Below, one piece after another: positions 1-9,928 of a DNA stretch of 64,000 nucleotides. The notes beneath the pieces were generated by a model, which was given only the letters and a program-made list of their open reading frames with translations, was not told where the DNA came from and searched no databases. Origin of the DNA: Schizochytrium sp. TIO01 (Eukaryota > Protista > Bigyra: Labyrinthulomycetes). The stretch covers positions 6,624,029-6,688,028 of the forward strand of contig SMSO01000014.1 of the NCBI GenBank assembly GCA_004764695.1, written 5' to 3'. The first letter of the stretch is position 1. Each line of letters starts with the position of its first letter. A program made the position numbers and the translations under genes.

Positions 1-5
1 TGCAC

Positions 6-3000
6 GTGCAGCTGCAGCAACAATTTCAGCAGAAACGCCGATCAAAGAGCGCAAGCACAAGTGATGCTGCTACGCACGCATTTGCACCTGAACGCATTGA
101 GAAACTTGAAGCGTTGGGCCCTCACGGAGCAATGGCATTGGATGTATTGCGAGCCGAAGCCGAAACTGAGTTAGACGAGGGTCTTTCAAAACTTGTGCAA
201 CGAGAATTGCAAGTGGAAACCCTAGCCCGCCATCGCCATGCAGCAGCATTAGCATTGGCAGATAAACATGAATTGCGCCATGGATCATGGCGCAAATACT
301 GGGCAATTAGCGACCAAGATGACAATAACAACATTAGCGAAACTGATGAAGATCTAGAGGTAGCTGCAGTGGCAGAAGAGGAGGAGGAAGAAGAAGATGA
401 TACCTTTGATAAAGCTGGCAAGTCTAGCAAGCCAAAGCAAACGCCACGCAAACGAGGTTCTACCAAAACTGTCTCGAAAGAAAGTGACAATGAGTCTGAA
501 CAGGCCATGGAAGTTGATGGGTCCGACGAAGAGGACAAGAATAGCGACGAAGACGGAGACGAGGAAGCGGATGATGACAGTGAGGAAGAGGTTACACAGG
601 CAGAGCAGAACCTGCTGAAACTCATGTCTAATGATGATGATGATGACGATGATGAAACCTACTCATTGGAGGAAGAAGCCCAAGAGCTTTTGGACCTTGA
701 CGAAGAGGAGGTTGCCGAACACCGACGCCTTTTTCCTGAGGGTGAATACCAGGGAACCACAGAGCGGATGATATTGACTCAAGATATGGAGCGTTCTGTC
801 GAAGAAGTTGTACAAGAGATGCTAAGCCGACCTGCAAATCGATCAAGTCAAAATATGCGTCACCGTCTTGGCACCGAACAAGTGGACGCTGCTGACGAGG
901 AGCAAGATGATGAGGAGGAAGAAGAGAAGAAAAAGGTCGAGGATAAGAAGAAGGCAACAGAAGACGAGGAACAAGAAGAAGAAGAGGAGCAAGAAGAAAT
1001 TGAAACCAAACGGCCCAGGGTAAGCGCACGAACTCGTGCTCGTAAGGGAAACACCAGGGATAAGGAAAAAGAAAAGGTGAAGGAGAAGGAGAAAGAGAAG
1101 GAGAAGGAGAAGGAGAAGGAGCGCGAGGAAGTTGTGGAGGACATAGAGCCTGATGAGGATGAGGAAAACATGAAGCTTTTGACCTCAAATCTGCCAGTGA
1201 TTCCACAAAAGGATCTCACTGCTCGAGTTAAAGCATATGCTACCCTTGCTCGCACTGTGCGCGCCGCTTGTGATGCACGCAGTGGGGAGTCTCTTGCAAG
1301 GGTTCCACCACGCCTAGTACCAGCTTCCGCTCTACAATCATTCTATCCTCATCAAGAAACCGCCCTGGATTGGTTAGCATCAATGCATAAGCGGCACTTG
1401 AGCGCAGTTCTTGCTGACGAACGTGGCTTGGGCAAGGAAGTTGTAGTTGCTCACTTCCTTGCTTTGCTTGCAGGTGAAGCCGGCCAATGGGGTCCTCATC
1501 TTATTGTCACAACTCCACAACGCGCGTTCCAATGGCGTCTGCTTCTTTTACAAAATTGTCCTGCGCTTCGGGTCTCACGCAAACTCCCGAATAAGTCTGA
1601 CTTTGCGTCTGTGCCCAATGTCCTTATTCTAACGCAAGAAGAGACGGCTACGCAAGAGGAGGTTCTTCGCCGTCAAACGTGGTATACCATTGTGTGGGAT
1701 CTAGTAGACACCTCGAAGTTACAAGTTGCGAGTTCACAAGACAACAATAGCAATGGGCAACCGGAGGACGATGACGACGACGAAGAAGAAGATGCGATTG
1801 GAGAGCCTGAACCCGAAGTTGTTGTGCGCAGCCTTCCGCTATTGCGCTGTAAGTCGCGCATTGTTGTAAGTGCAAGTGAGGCAGACACGAAGGCCAACGC
1901 AACGAATATTGCCTTTTTCCTCATACCATTTGTTTTTCTTGGCAGCTCAAGTAAAGTTCGACAATGGGCTTCAAAGAAATCTGCAAACTCATGGCGGGAT
2001 TGCGTGCAGGCGTTTACGTTATCCCGTACAGCAGAGGATATTTCTGGGATTGACGATATAGACGTTGACCGGGAGACAAAGAACTTTGCACCTACTTCGT
2101 ACCAGGCCCTTTGTCGTGACACCTTATTATCAGCTTACAACCAACACATTCAAAAGTTGACTCCTCGGGGTAATCGTGATGTTAAGACTCGGTACCAAAG
2201 TATTTATAGCATGTGCCTTTTCACCGTGGGTTGTCATCCCGATGCATTGTTTGCGCATCCCAAATTAAGCTGTTTTGCGATGCCGTCGATAGCGGCAGCT
2301 TATAGGAAGTGCATTTATCCTATCACCGACATTGTTCAGGTACCAAGTCAGAAACTCATAGGATACTTTGGGTTGTGCGAAGCCTTTCCTCTATCAGACT
2401 ATACGCTAGAGAACTTAAGGAAGGCCGGTCTAAGTTTAGATAGACTACGTGCTGTTTTTCCAAATGTTTCCGCTGAGCCTGGATTTGAAGTGGCATTTGA
2501 CATTAATGGTGATGTACAGGGCGGAAATGATAACAAGTCTGAAATACAGCACTCCCGTTCCAAACAACGCAAAAATCTCACTTTCCTGTTCCCGTCGATT
2601 GTATCATCACGTACTTTGCCTCTATCTTCTCGCCTAAAAACTTCGTTGGCTGCAAGAACACAAATTCCCATTTTGGACCGATCAATGGCTGCAGCACTCA
2701 ATGTTAAGCCATCCTCCAAGACCCCACTCGCAGTCATGGAAGAGGATCTTAAGAAAAGGTTCGTGGACAATGTTCTTTCTGATGTTGCAGCTCTACCTCT
2801 GCTGGAGCGTTTGAATGTAGCGCCATGTGTCTCCATTATGGGTGATGCTTTTGCCGAGTCAAGTATGCAAGCCTTATTACAGTCTCCCGAAGACTTTCGT
2901 CCAAAGCTTTCAGGGATGATCAAATCACTCCCGGATATTCTTGAGCGCCTGCTCTCTCTTGATTACGGAACTCGAAAAATACTCTTGGTTGCTCATAACG

Positions 3001-6000
3001 AAATTCTCCTTGAGCCGGCGTCCGCAATTCTTACTGCCTCTTCAATTCGTTACATTCGAGTGGAGGGATCTAGTTCTTCTGATTCTATTACGGTTTCTAT
3101 TCGAAAATTTGCAACCTCACCTGAATTGCGAGTTCTTATATCTTCCGTTCGGGATATGGATGCGTTGTTGAATGCCGAGATGGACATTGAACATGGTCTG
3201 GGAACCCTGAGTGCAGTAGTGGTATTAGACGAACCGGGGGTTGGATCAACAGAAGACCCTTTAACTGACCGCATCGATGCTATAGCCTTGGCTCATGCGC
3301 GCTGTAGAACTCTACGGGGTGACCCAGAACAGGTTTTTTATGTTGAAGATTTGCAAGTTGATTTTGATTTGCCACCCGAAGGGCCTGAAGTTGTACTGCA
3401 AGAAATTGCTGAATCTAAGATGGACAACAACAAAGTAGATAGCAAATCAGATAATGGGAAAGCGCCAGTGAAGTCTCGCCAACCAAAGGTGATGGATTTG
3501 AGTGGTGTGACGGCTGCTCTGGAAAGGGTCCGAAAACGTGTAAACGAAGAGGAGCCTATCAATTCACTAATCAAACGTTCCATCGATGAGTTTCTTGGAC
3601 GTGCACCTGATCCTCCTGAATTTGGGGTGCCAGGGAAGTATTTCTGCTGCTCTCATGGGGTGGTTCTGGAAGAGCGTGATGTGAGCGTTGAAGAGGTATT
3701 GGAACGTACGGCACAGGCCGTTGTAAACAATGAAATCGAGGTAGTGGTGGACGAAGAGGAGATTTTGTCTTCCCGAGTTCTGTTCCGAACGTCTGATTTA
3801 GGGTTTGACGAGGACGAGGAAGAAGAGGAGGACGAGGACGAGGAAGAGGATGAAGAGGAGGATAGCGATCAAGTCACATCAACAAAGAATAAGACTTCAG
3901 ACACTTTAACTACCATACCTACTTCTCACTCTACTTCAACCATTCCAGCTGCCACGGGCCCCACTGAAGCTAGCGAATCATCATCGTCTTCCTCTTCCAA
4001 GCATGGTGCAGATGTATCTTCTGCAGCCACTACTACAGGTAATGCGAATAAGAATAACAAAGAAAATGAAGGAGGTAGCAATTCAGATCTTCTTCGTCAA
4101 CAGGTTGAAACATTTCTTGCGGAAAGTTTGCGACCTCGAAAACTTACAAGCGATGAACTGCTTGAAATTGTGCGTGAGCCAGATACTCTGTCAGCATATG
4201 TTCAGCAATTTCGCGATGCTTCGCAGGGTGCAAGGCTGCTCATTGCTGACACGCGACGCTTAAATCGAGAGCTCTTTGTCCCAAGTGTGATCGAGGACGC
4301 TATGGTGGATGATAGTATATCTGCTGCTTCACATGTTAGTATTGCGACGTCACAGCCTGCAGATGCCTTGATGTCTGAAATCCGTTGGCTAAAGGAGATT
4401 GAATCAGAAGAGGCCCTCTTTTACGACATCGACCCGAAATTGTCCAAAGAATCAAACATTGAGCGTCTGTTAGTTCAGTTCGAGAATGATGAAAGAGTTG
4501 TTGGTGCATCTTCACATGTCTATGGGCCTCCAAGTGACTTTGCCAACTCCAACCAAATAGAGGAGCCCTTGCCAAGCGCCCCTCCAATGCTGGGTGTTTA
4601 TCCAACTCAAATATCTTCCATGAGTAACGGGTTCCAGGGCAATGCGCACACAACACCTGGTGTACCTCAACGCCCAAAGTTTGCAGTCAGCTTCATGAAG
4701 CAGCGCATTGTAGCTATGTCTACTGATATTTCGACTGTAGAAATTGAGCCACTTAAGCGTCGTAGCGCAAGTATTGATAGTGATAGTACGGTGTCGAAGA
4801 AACGCAAGGTAGACAAGAAGGCCGTTCAAGCTAACGGGAGTATCGGCGACTCTCGCATTGCTAATGCTGCCAGTACTGCTGCCAACGCAGCTAGTGCCGC
4901 TGCTAGTGTAAACACTGCTGCTATTAATAGTGCTTCCGTTGCTAATGCTGTACGTTTAGGTTCCTCTGTTGAGTCTGAACTCTTGCTGGACGAGGATGAA
5001 GAAAACATTGTTGTGGTGCCTGTTCCTGTGGTAGCTTCGTCCAGCAAGGAGGTTGACTGGAATATCCAGGTGCCAAAAATTAAAAGTCGTCTCAAGGGTT
5101 CACAGAAGAAATCTGGCAAGGCTGCAAACACAACTGAAGATGATAACATTACTGATTCATCATGGAGTTCCTGGGAAGAATCTGCTCTGCTTCGTGCTGT
5201 TGAGGTGTTTGGGCCTAACTGGAACCTGGTTCACAATCTTCTATCTTCCCCTCTGTCACCAGTCCACTCTGTTCAGCAAATTATTGATCATTACCACACC
5301 GTGCGCTCTAGGTATAAGACGGCTTCGCTATCACCGTGGGTGTTAAAGCATGAACGAACCGTTCGAGATATTGCCCCCTGGGCAAGCCACCCTCTACACA
5401 AGACTGACTTGCTGTTGTACGCCCCTAGCCCATTCAAGGCTTTTGAAGCATCAAGCGAGGGTAGCATTTCTCATAGGCTTGACACAAGTGACCTGGAAAT
5501 GCGTCGCAAAGCAGGTTTGCCCTCTTCGCTTGGTCAGCACGGGCTCAGCAGCTATCCGCATTCCTTAGCGTTACCTGATGCAAAGAAAAGTGAGCGTGAG
5601 AAGCTGTCCAAGTTATCTTCAATTATTATATCTTCAGCACCAACTACTCAGCCTCGAAACAGTATTGCTTCTGGGAGCTCAATCGATCCTGCAAGCAATG
5701 CACCAACTGGAACTGGAACAACGACAGCTGCATCGTCTTCCTCTTCTTCTGCTTTGCTATCATCTTCAAGTAACTTTACTCCATTGCCGATGGAAGACCC
5801 AGTACCTTTACACTCACGTCGCGAAAATCTGTCACAAGCACTGCCAAGCTCTATAACCCACTTCCAGGGTCCCTTTGGCAGCCTTGTGCAGCAACTGATC
5901 AAGCGCCAGGCTGAGCAATCTCATGCGAAGACCGGCAGTAATAATAGTAGCAGCGGCAGTTTGCATCATCCCCACGTGCACCAACGTAGCATGAGTATCA

Positions 6001-6779
6001 GCAGCAATTCAAGTAGTACATATAGCGGCCGTCATTCTAATGCTTCTAGACACCATTCACAATCTCCAAGCCAGTATTCTCAACATGCCAAATCGTCTTC
6101 CGTGTCAAGTAGTTCTCACCCGGTCGCATACACTCAGCCCCACAATCAGCACCCTTCTCCTCATCAACAGCCACAAATGACAGGTCATCAGCACCAACAA
6201 CAGCAACAGCAACCACATCATTCACCCGTGCAACAGCAGTCTCAGCAGTCTCAACAGCACATGCATCACCAACGACAAACTCACTCATCTGTCCCTCCGA
6301 GCGGACGACCAATGCCACATCCTCCATCCCCTACGATGTCAGGCGCTAATAGGCAAATGACTGGTAATCCCGGTATGCGGAGTCCCCATGGAGGTCATAC
6401 TATGGGAAATATGAGCCCCACAAGGGGTATGTCTCGTACACCATCTCAAACTCTGAGCCACCAACCTCAACATATGCACCGACAAGTGTCTCCCGGTCAG
6501 TATTCTGCCCACCATCCGGGTACGCCAGGGCGAAGTGCGAACTACTCTCAGCGCCCGATGCATGCACAACAGCATCCACAACAACCACCCGCTCAGCACC
6601 AACGCCATCCTGGACAGCCTCAACCGCCTCAACATCCACAACAACAGGCTTATATCCAGCAGCAGCAACAACAACCTCATCATCATCAGCAACAGCAGCA
6701 GCAGCAACAACAACAAATGCATCCTCAGCAACAGCAGCAACAAAGAAGGTCTCCTTCAAGTGGAAGCGGCTATCACTAA
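6..6779 (+). CDS. SWR1/Domino/EP400-family SNF2 chromatin-remodeller-like protein with a degenerate ATPase, a C-terminal EAF1/EP400-type SANT/Myb domain and a Q/H/P-rich tail; 5' end probably lies upstream of the window
   Basis: FYPHQETALDWL, LADERGLGKE and GQWGPHLIV match SWR1-family Q motif, motif I and motif Ia. The split second RecA lobe is RKILLV...IRYIRVEGS...RKF. WSSWEESALLRAVEVFGPNWNLVHNLL is a Myb/SANT domain. The ORF opens at a non-ATG codon at the window edge. Confidence 0.8.
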   Translation: MQLQQQFQQKRRSKSASTSDAATHAFAPERIEKLEALGPHGAMALDVLRAEAETELDEGLSKLVQRELQVETLARHRHAAALALADKHELRHGSWRKYWAISDQDDNNNISETDEDLEVAAVAEEEEEEEDDTFDKAGKSSKPKQTPRKRGSTKTVSKESDNESEQAMEVDGSDEEDKNSDEDGDEEADDDSEEEVTQAEQNLLKLMSNDDDDDDDETYSLEEEAQELLDLDEEEVAEHRRLFPEGEYQGTTERMILTQDMERSVEEVVQEMLSRPANRSSQNMRHRLGTEQVDAADEEQDDEEEEEKKKVEDKKKATEDEEQEEEEEQEEIETKRPRVSARTRARKGNTRDKEKEKVKEKEKEKEKEKEKEREEVVEDIEPDEDEENMKLLTSNLPVIPQKDLTARVKAYATLARTVRAACDARSGESLARVPPRLVPASALQSFYPHQETALDWLASMHKRHLSAVLADERGLGKEVVVAHFLALLAGEAGQWGPHLIVTTPQRAFQWRLLLLQNCPALRVSRKLPNKSDFASVPNVLILTQEETATQEEVLRRQTWYTIVWDLVDTSKLQVASSQDNNSNGQPEDDDDDEEEDAIGEPEPEVVVRSLPLLRCKSRIVVSASEADTKANATNIAFFLIPFVFLGSSSKVRQWASKKSANSWRDCVQAFTLSRTAEDISGIDDIDVDRETKNFAPTSYQALCRDTLLSAYNQHIQKLTPRGNRDVKTRYQSIYSMCLFTVGCHPDALFAHPKLSCFAMPSIAAAYRKCIYPITDIVQVPSQKLIGYFGLCEAFPLSDYTLENLRKAGLSLDRLRAVFPNVSAEPGFEVAFDINGDVQGGNDNKSEIQHSRSKQRKNLTFLFPSIVSSRTLPLSSRLKTSLAARTQIPILDRSMAAALNVKPSSKTPLAVMEEDLKKRFVDNVLSDVAALPLLERLNVAPCVSIMGDAFAESSMQALLQSPEDFRPKLSGMIKSLPDILERLLSLDYGTRKILLVAHNEILLEPASAILTASSIRYIRVEGSSSSDSITVSIRKFATSPELRVLISSVRDMDALLNAEMDIEHGLGTLSAVVVLDEPGVGSTEDPLTDRIDAIALAHARCRTLRGDPEQVFYVEDLQVDFDLPPEGPEVVLQEIAESKMDNNKVDSKSDNGKAPVKSRQPKVMDLSGVTAALERVRKRVNEEEPINSLIKRSIDEFLGRAPDPPEFGVPGKYFCCSHGVVLEERDVSVEEVLERTAQAVVNNEIEVVVDEEEILSSRVLFRTSDLGFDEDEEEEEDEDEEEDEEEDSDQVTSTKNKTSDTLTTIPTSHSTSTIPAATGPTEASESSSSSSSKHGADVSSAATTTGNANKNNKENEGGSNSDLLRQQVETFLAESLRPRKLTSDELLEIVREPDTLSAYVQQFRDASQGARLLIADTRRLNRELFVPSVIEDAMVDDSISAASHVSIATSQPADALMSEIRWLKEIESEEALFYDIDPKLSKESNIERLLVQFENDERVVGASSHVYGPPSDFANSNQIEEPLPSAPPMLGVYPTQISSMSNGFQGNAHTTPGVPQRPKFAVSFMKQRIVAMSTDISTVEIEPLKRRSASIDSDSTVSKKRKVDKKAVQANGSIGDSRIANAASTAANAASAAASVNTAAINSASVANAVRLGSSVESELLLDEDEENIVVVPVPVVASSSKEVDWNIQVPKIKSRLKGSQKKSGKAANTTEDDNITDSSWSSWEESALLRAVEVFGPNWNLVHNLLSSPLSPVHSVQQIIDHYHTVRSRYKTASLSPWVLKHERTVRDIAPWASHPLHKTDLLLYAPSPFKAFEASSEGSISHRLDTSDLEMRRKAGLPSSLGQHGLSSYPHSLALPDAKKSEREKLSKLSSIIISSAPTTQPRNSIASGSSIDPASNAPTGTGTTTAASSSSSSALLSSSSNFTPLPMEDPVPLHSRRENLSQALPSSITHFQGPFGSLVQQLIKRQAEQSHAKTGSNNSSSGSLHHPHVHQRSMSISSNSSSTYSGRHSNASRHHSQSPSQYSQHAKSSSVSSSSHPVAYTQPHNQHPSPHQQPQMTGHQHQQQQQQPHHSPVQQQSQQSQQHMHHQRQTHSSVPPSGRPMPHPPSPTMSGANRQMTGNPGMRSPHGGHTMGNMSPTRGMSRTPSQTLSHQPQHMHRQVSPGQYSAHHPGTPGRSANYSQRPMHAQQHPQQPPAQHQRHPGQPQPPQHPQQQAYIQQQQQQPHHHQQQQQQQQQQMHPQQQQQQRRSPSSGSGYH

Positions 6780-7122
6780 TGATGATAGGATAGGTACAAT
6801 GGCGTGATAATAATCAGAATCCTCCCGATTTGGGTTTGTCTGATGGGTGAATGACTGAATAATTGAAATATGAAACGAACAACCTTGCATTTTTATTCAA
6901 ATGAGTTGTAGCTCGTTAGGTGATTTCAAGCAAATTTGGACTGTAATTAGTTGGGTAGCTAGCATGTTAAAGTAAAAGCTACAGACTAGCTAGGTGTCAA
7001 CTACTTTTTTTTGTGTACTACCTCGACTTCGTAATATTAAAAAGCATGAATACTTTTTGAGATTAAATTAATAATTTTTGAATACCCAATTGTAATGCAG
7101 AATGTAGTGAAGATCTTTGTTC

Positions 7123-9035
7123 TTAGTTTTTATTGGTAACGCCTCCTTGTCGGTCAGGTTTAAATGCTAAAAGAACTTCTTGGACAAGACCTTGATCTAA
7201 TTTGTTCTCATCTTTGTTTGCTGAAGCGTCGCCAACAACTTCGTGGGCCAGGATCTTGCTGAGCATTGGTCCTTCCATGATTCCGTGAGGTCCCAGACCC
7301 TAATGATTGAAAGAAATGTGGTTTTGGTGAAACATCGCGTGTAAGTAATCTGTACTATCTGCAATATTTGTTGCAAGTTGCATGATGCATGCTTGCGAAA
7401 AAACAAAACAAAAAGAGATTCAACGATACTGGAAGATGAGAAATAGAAAAAACTTACTGTAAAAAGCCATACATTTTCAAGACCAAAATTCCCAAGCTCG
7501 CCAACTAGGGGAAGCCCATCTTTACTGAATGGCACTGTTTCGTAAAGAATAGTATTAAAAGTGAATGAGTTAAGTACACATATTCCCATCAGAAGTCGTT
7601 AGTCCAAGTGAAACCTGGTGCACATTGAAGAAATCTTCTAGCAAGAAATGCAGCGAGCGCTCAATTAAGAACTCTTCAAACAGTAAAGAAAAAGAAACTT
7701 ACTTGGTCCACTCCACATACCATCGACTTTGTAGTCCTTCAATTTAGGACAAAACTCATAGACGTGCTCCTGGTTTCGTCTGGCGCCCGCTACATCAGTC
7801 GCATAGATGCGTTGGTGGTCGTCAGAATCATGGCATGGAATGCGATCACCTCCAAACATCACTCGGCCGTCGTGAAGACGTCGACCATATGCATGACGAA
7901 CAAATTGATGTCCATCGAAATCATGTGTTGTAAACTTGGGTAAGTCGCTGCGGCTGCCTTCACGAAATTCGTGTTGAAAAGCGAGATGGGACTCCTCAAT
8001 GAAGATGACGTGATTCATGAAGTGCGGCGGGGTTTCCTCAGTTACCCAAATTTGACCCTTCACAGGTGTAACAGGAATGTCGATATTTAACAATTGACCT
8101 ACTTTGGCAGACCACGCGCCGGGACAAAGAACCAACTTTTTGCAGCGCAGTACAAGACCATTGCGTGTCTTAATCTCATATCGACCGTCGTCAGAAATTA
8201 GCTTGGCGATGCTGACTACTTCAGCACCCTCGTGTATCATAACGTCCACCTTGTTTGCAGAAGCTGCATCTGCAAAAGCGTGTGTGCAAGATGCAGCATC
8301 AACATATCCGCTTTTACGTGTCAGGATTGCAGCGCAAGCTTTGCCTCCTGCAAGACTTGGCTCCTGAGCTATAATTTCTTCGTGGGAGCCCAAAAACTCC
8401 ATTTCACTGTTGGTGCCTGCGTTTTCAACTTGGTGACGGAGACTAGTAGCTTCTGCAGCATTTAGAGCCAACGTGAGAGCTCCGCTTTGTACGTATTTGC
8501 AATTGAAGCCCTCCGCCTCAAGTTTCTTGATGACAGCTGTAGTTCCACGACGAAGTTCCGGAAAGAGTCCTCGTCCACCATCATATATCGTGCCAGCCGA
8601 GAGGCCAGATGCCTCGGCACCAACAAAACCACGATCTAAAAGTACGACGGAGCTTGAATTCTCTTTGTACAAATGAGTTTTGGAATTTGAAGATGTGTTC
8701 AAAAGCTTCCCTAGGTGATAGGCTGTTGCTGTCCCAGCAATACCAGCGCCAACTACGACGACCTCTGCATTCACATAACTTTGTTCGGAAGCACTCTGTC
8801 TAGAGTTAGACGTCGTCCCTGATGATGCGACAGACTTTAGTCTTGGTGCTGAATTGGGAGCACCAGTGCTGCCAGAGTCTGTGCTCTGAGCGTCATCTTC
8901 AGGAGCTCCATTTCTGGAGCGTGCTATGACATCGTCCCAATCAATATCTGGGGCAGGGTGCGTCTTCCAAAACAGCGCTGCTCCGCCAACAAGCGCCAGA
9001 GTGAGCCCTCCAGCAGCCGCGAGACGGCCCTTCAT
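7123..9035 (-). CDS. FAD-dependent oxidoreductase (DAO/sarcosine oxidase/DadA-like) with an N-terminal membrane anchor; exons 9035-7703, 7534-7458, 7299-7123
   Basis: Rossmann motif VVVVGAGIAG, then ASGLSAG, CPGAWS and PVKGQ. Two GTAAGT..AG introns (7535-7702, 7300-7457) restore the expected C-terminus GPMPFSKDGLPLVG...WLFTGLGPHGIMEGPMLSKILA, ending at a TAA at 7123. Exon phases are consistent (1333+77+177 nt). Confidence 0.88.
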
Positions 9036-9730
9036 CGTCTTCCTAAGCTTGGAAATAGTTCTGCGCCTCGGTCAATCTTCGTTCGATCTCTTACTTATAG
9101 AGTAGAGAATTCCAACTTGAATTCTTACAGACACTAATAACAAGCTTTTTCATGAAGCCAGAAGAAAGTGGATATCACATCCACATCGCAGAGTGACAGG
9201 CTTATTTTCAGTTCCACAGTGATCACCCATCTCGACTGAAATCCCTTCAAATCCCATTCGGATCATGACAGCATGGTCTGCGTCAGCATCCAGAAGTAGT
9301 TGGGCTGTCTGGATTCCAAGGTGCCTTGTGCTTTGAGCAAGCATCTCGAAAGGTCCACTTCGTTCCTTGTATGAAAATCACAAATACAATAAACCAAAAT
9401 AAAGTTAAAAAATTACTATCTGCTAGCATCTGCTAGCATATGTTGCTATGGCAAACCATAGTACTCCGATCGCGTTTTCTATTGTTTCTAATTTTGTTCA
9501 ATCTGTCAACGATTGGATTTCTTTATTATTTTCATTTTATCTTTTTTCACGGAAACAAACACGAACGAAGAAAAGCGCATTCTCGCAATGTAAAGATTCA
9601 AAGCAAAGATATCTTTCGAGACAACCGGTATCTTGAACGGTCAGGTTTGCGCTCGAGTGCCAACGCGAAGCTGGGCTTTCATTTCAAATTCGGTTTAGTA
9701 GCGTGTTTGGACTCTTGAGTTCGAATTGCG

Positions 9731-9846
9731 GATTGGTATTGATTGACTGATTGATTGACTGTTGATTGATTGATTATGATGGATTGATTGATTGAATTTG
9801 ATGGATTGAATTGAATTTGAATTGAATTTGAATTGAATTTGAATTT
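9731..9846. repeat. Compound (GATT)n/(TTGAA)n microsatellite in the divergent intergenic region upstream of WDR81
   Basis: Tandem repeats visible in the sequence. Confidence 0.9.
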
Positions 9847-9928
9847 TTGAAGTCTGAAGGAAGGAAAACAGAGGTTCGAGGCGAGGGAATTCAAAACTTG
9901 AACCAAGCTTTCTCTGGCCCCTGCCGCT

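Noticed and set aside
7197-7702. Stand-alone ORF 7197-7589 and the FLFLYCLKSS C-terminus of the oxidoreductase
   Set aside because: Both are read-through into introns; only 7458-7534 of that ORF is a true exon.
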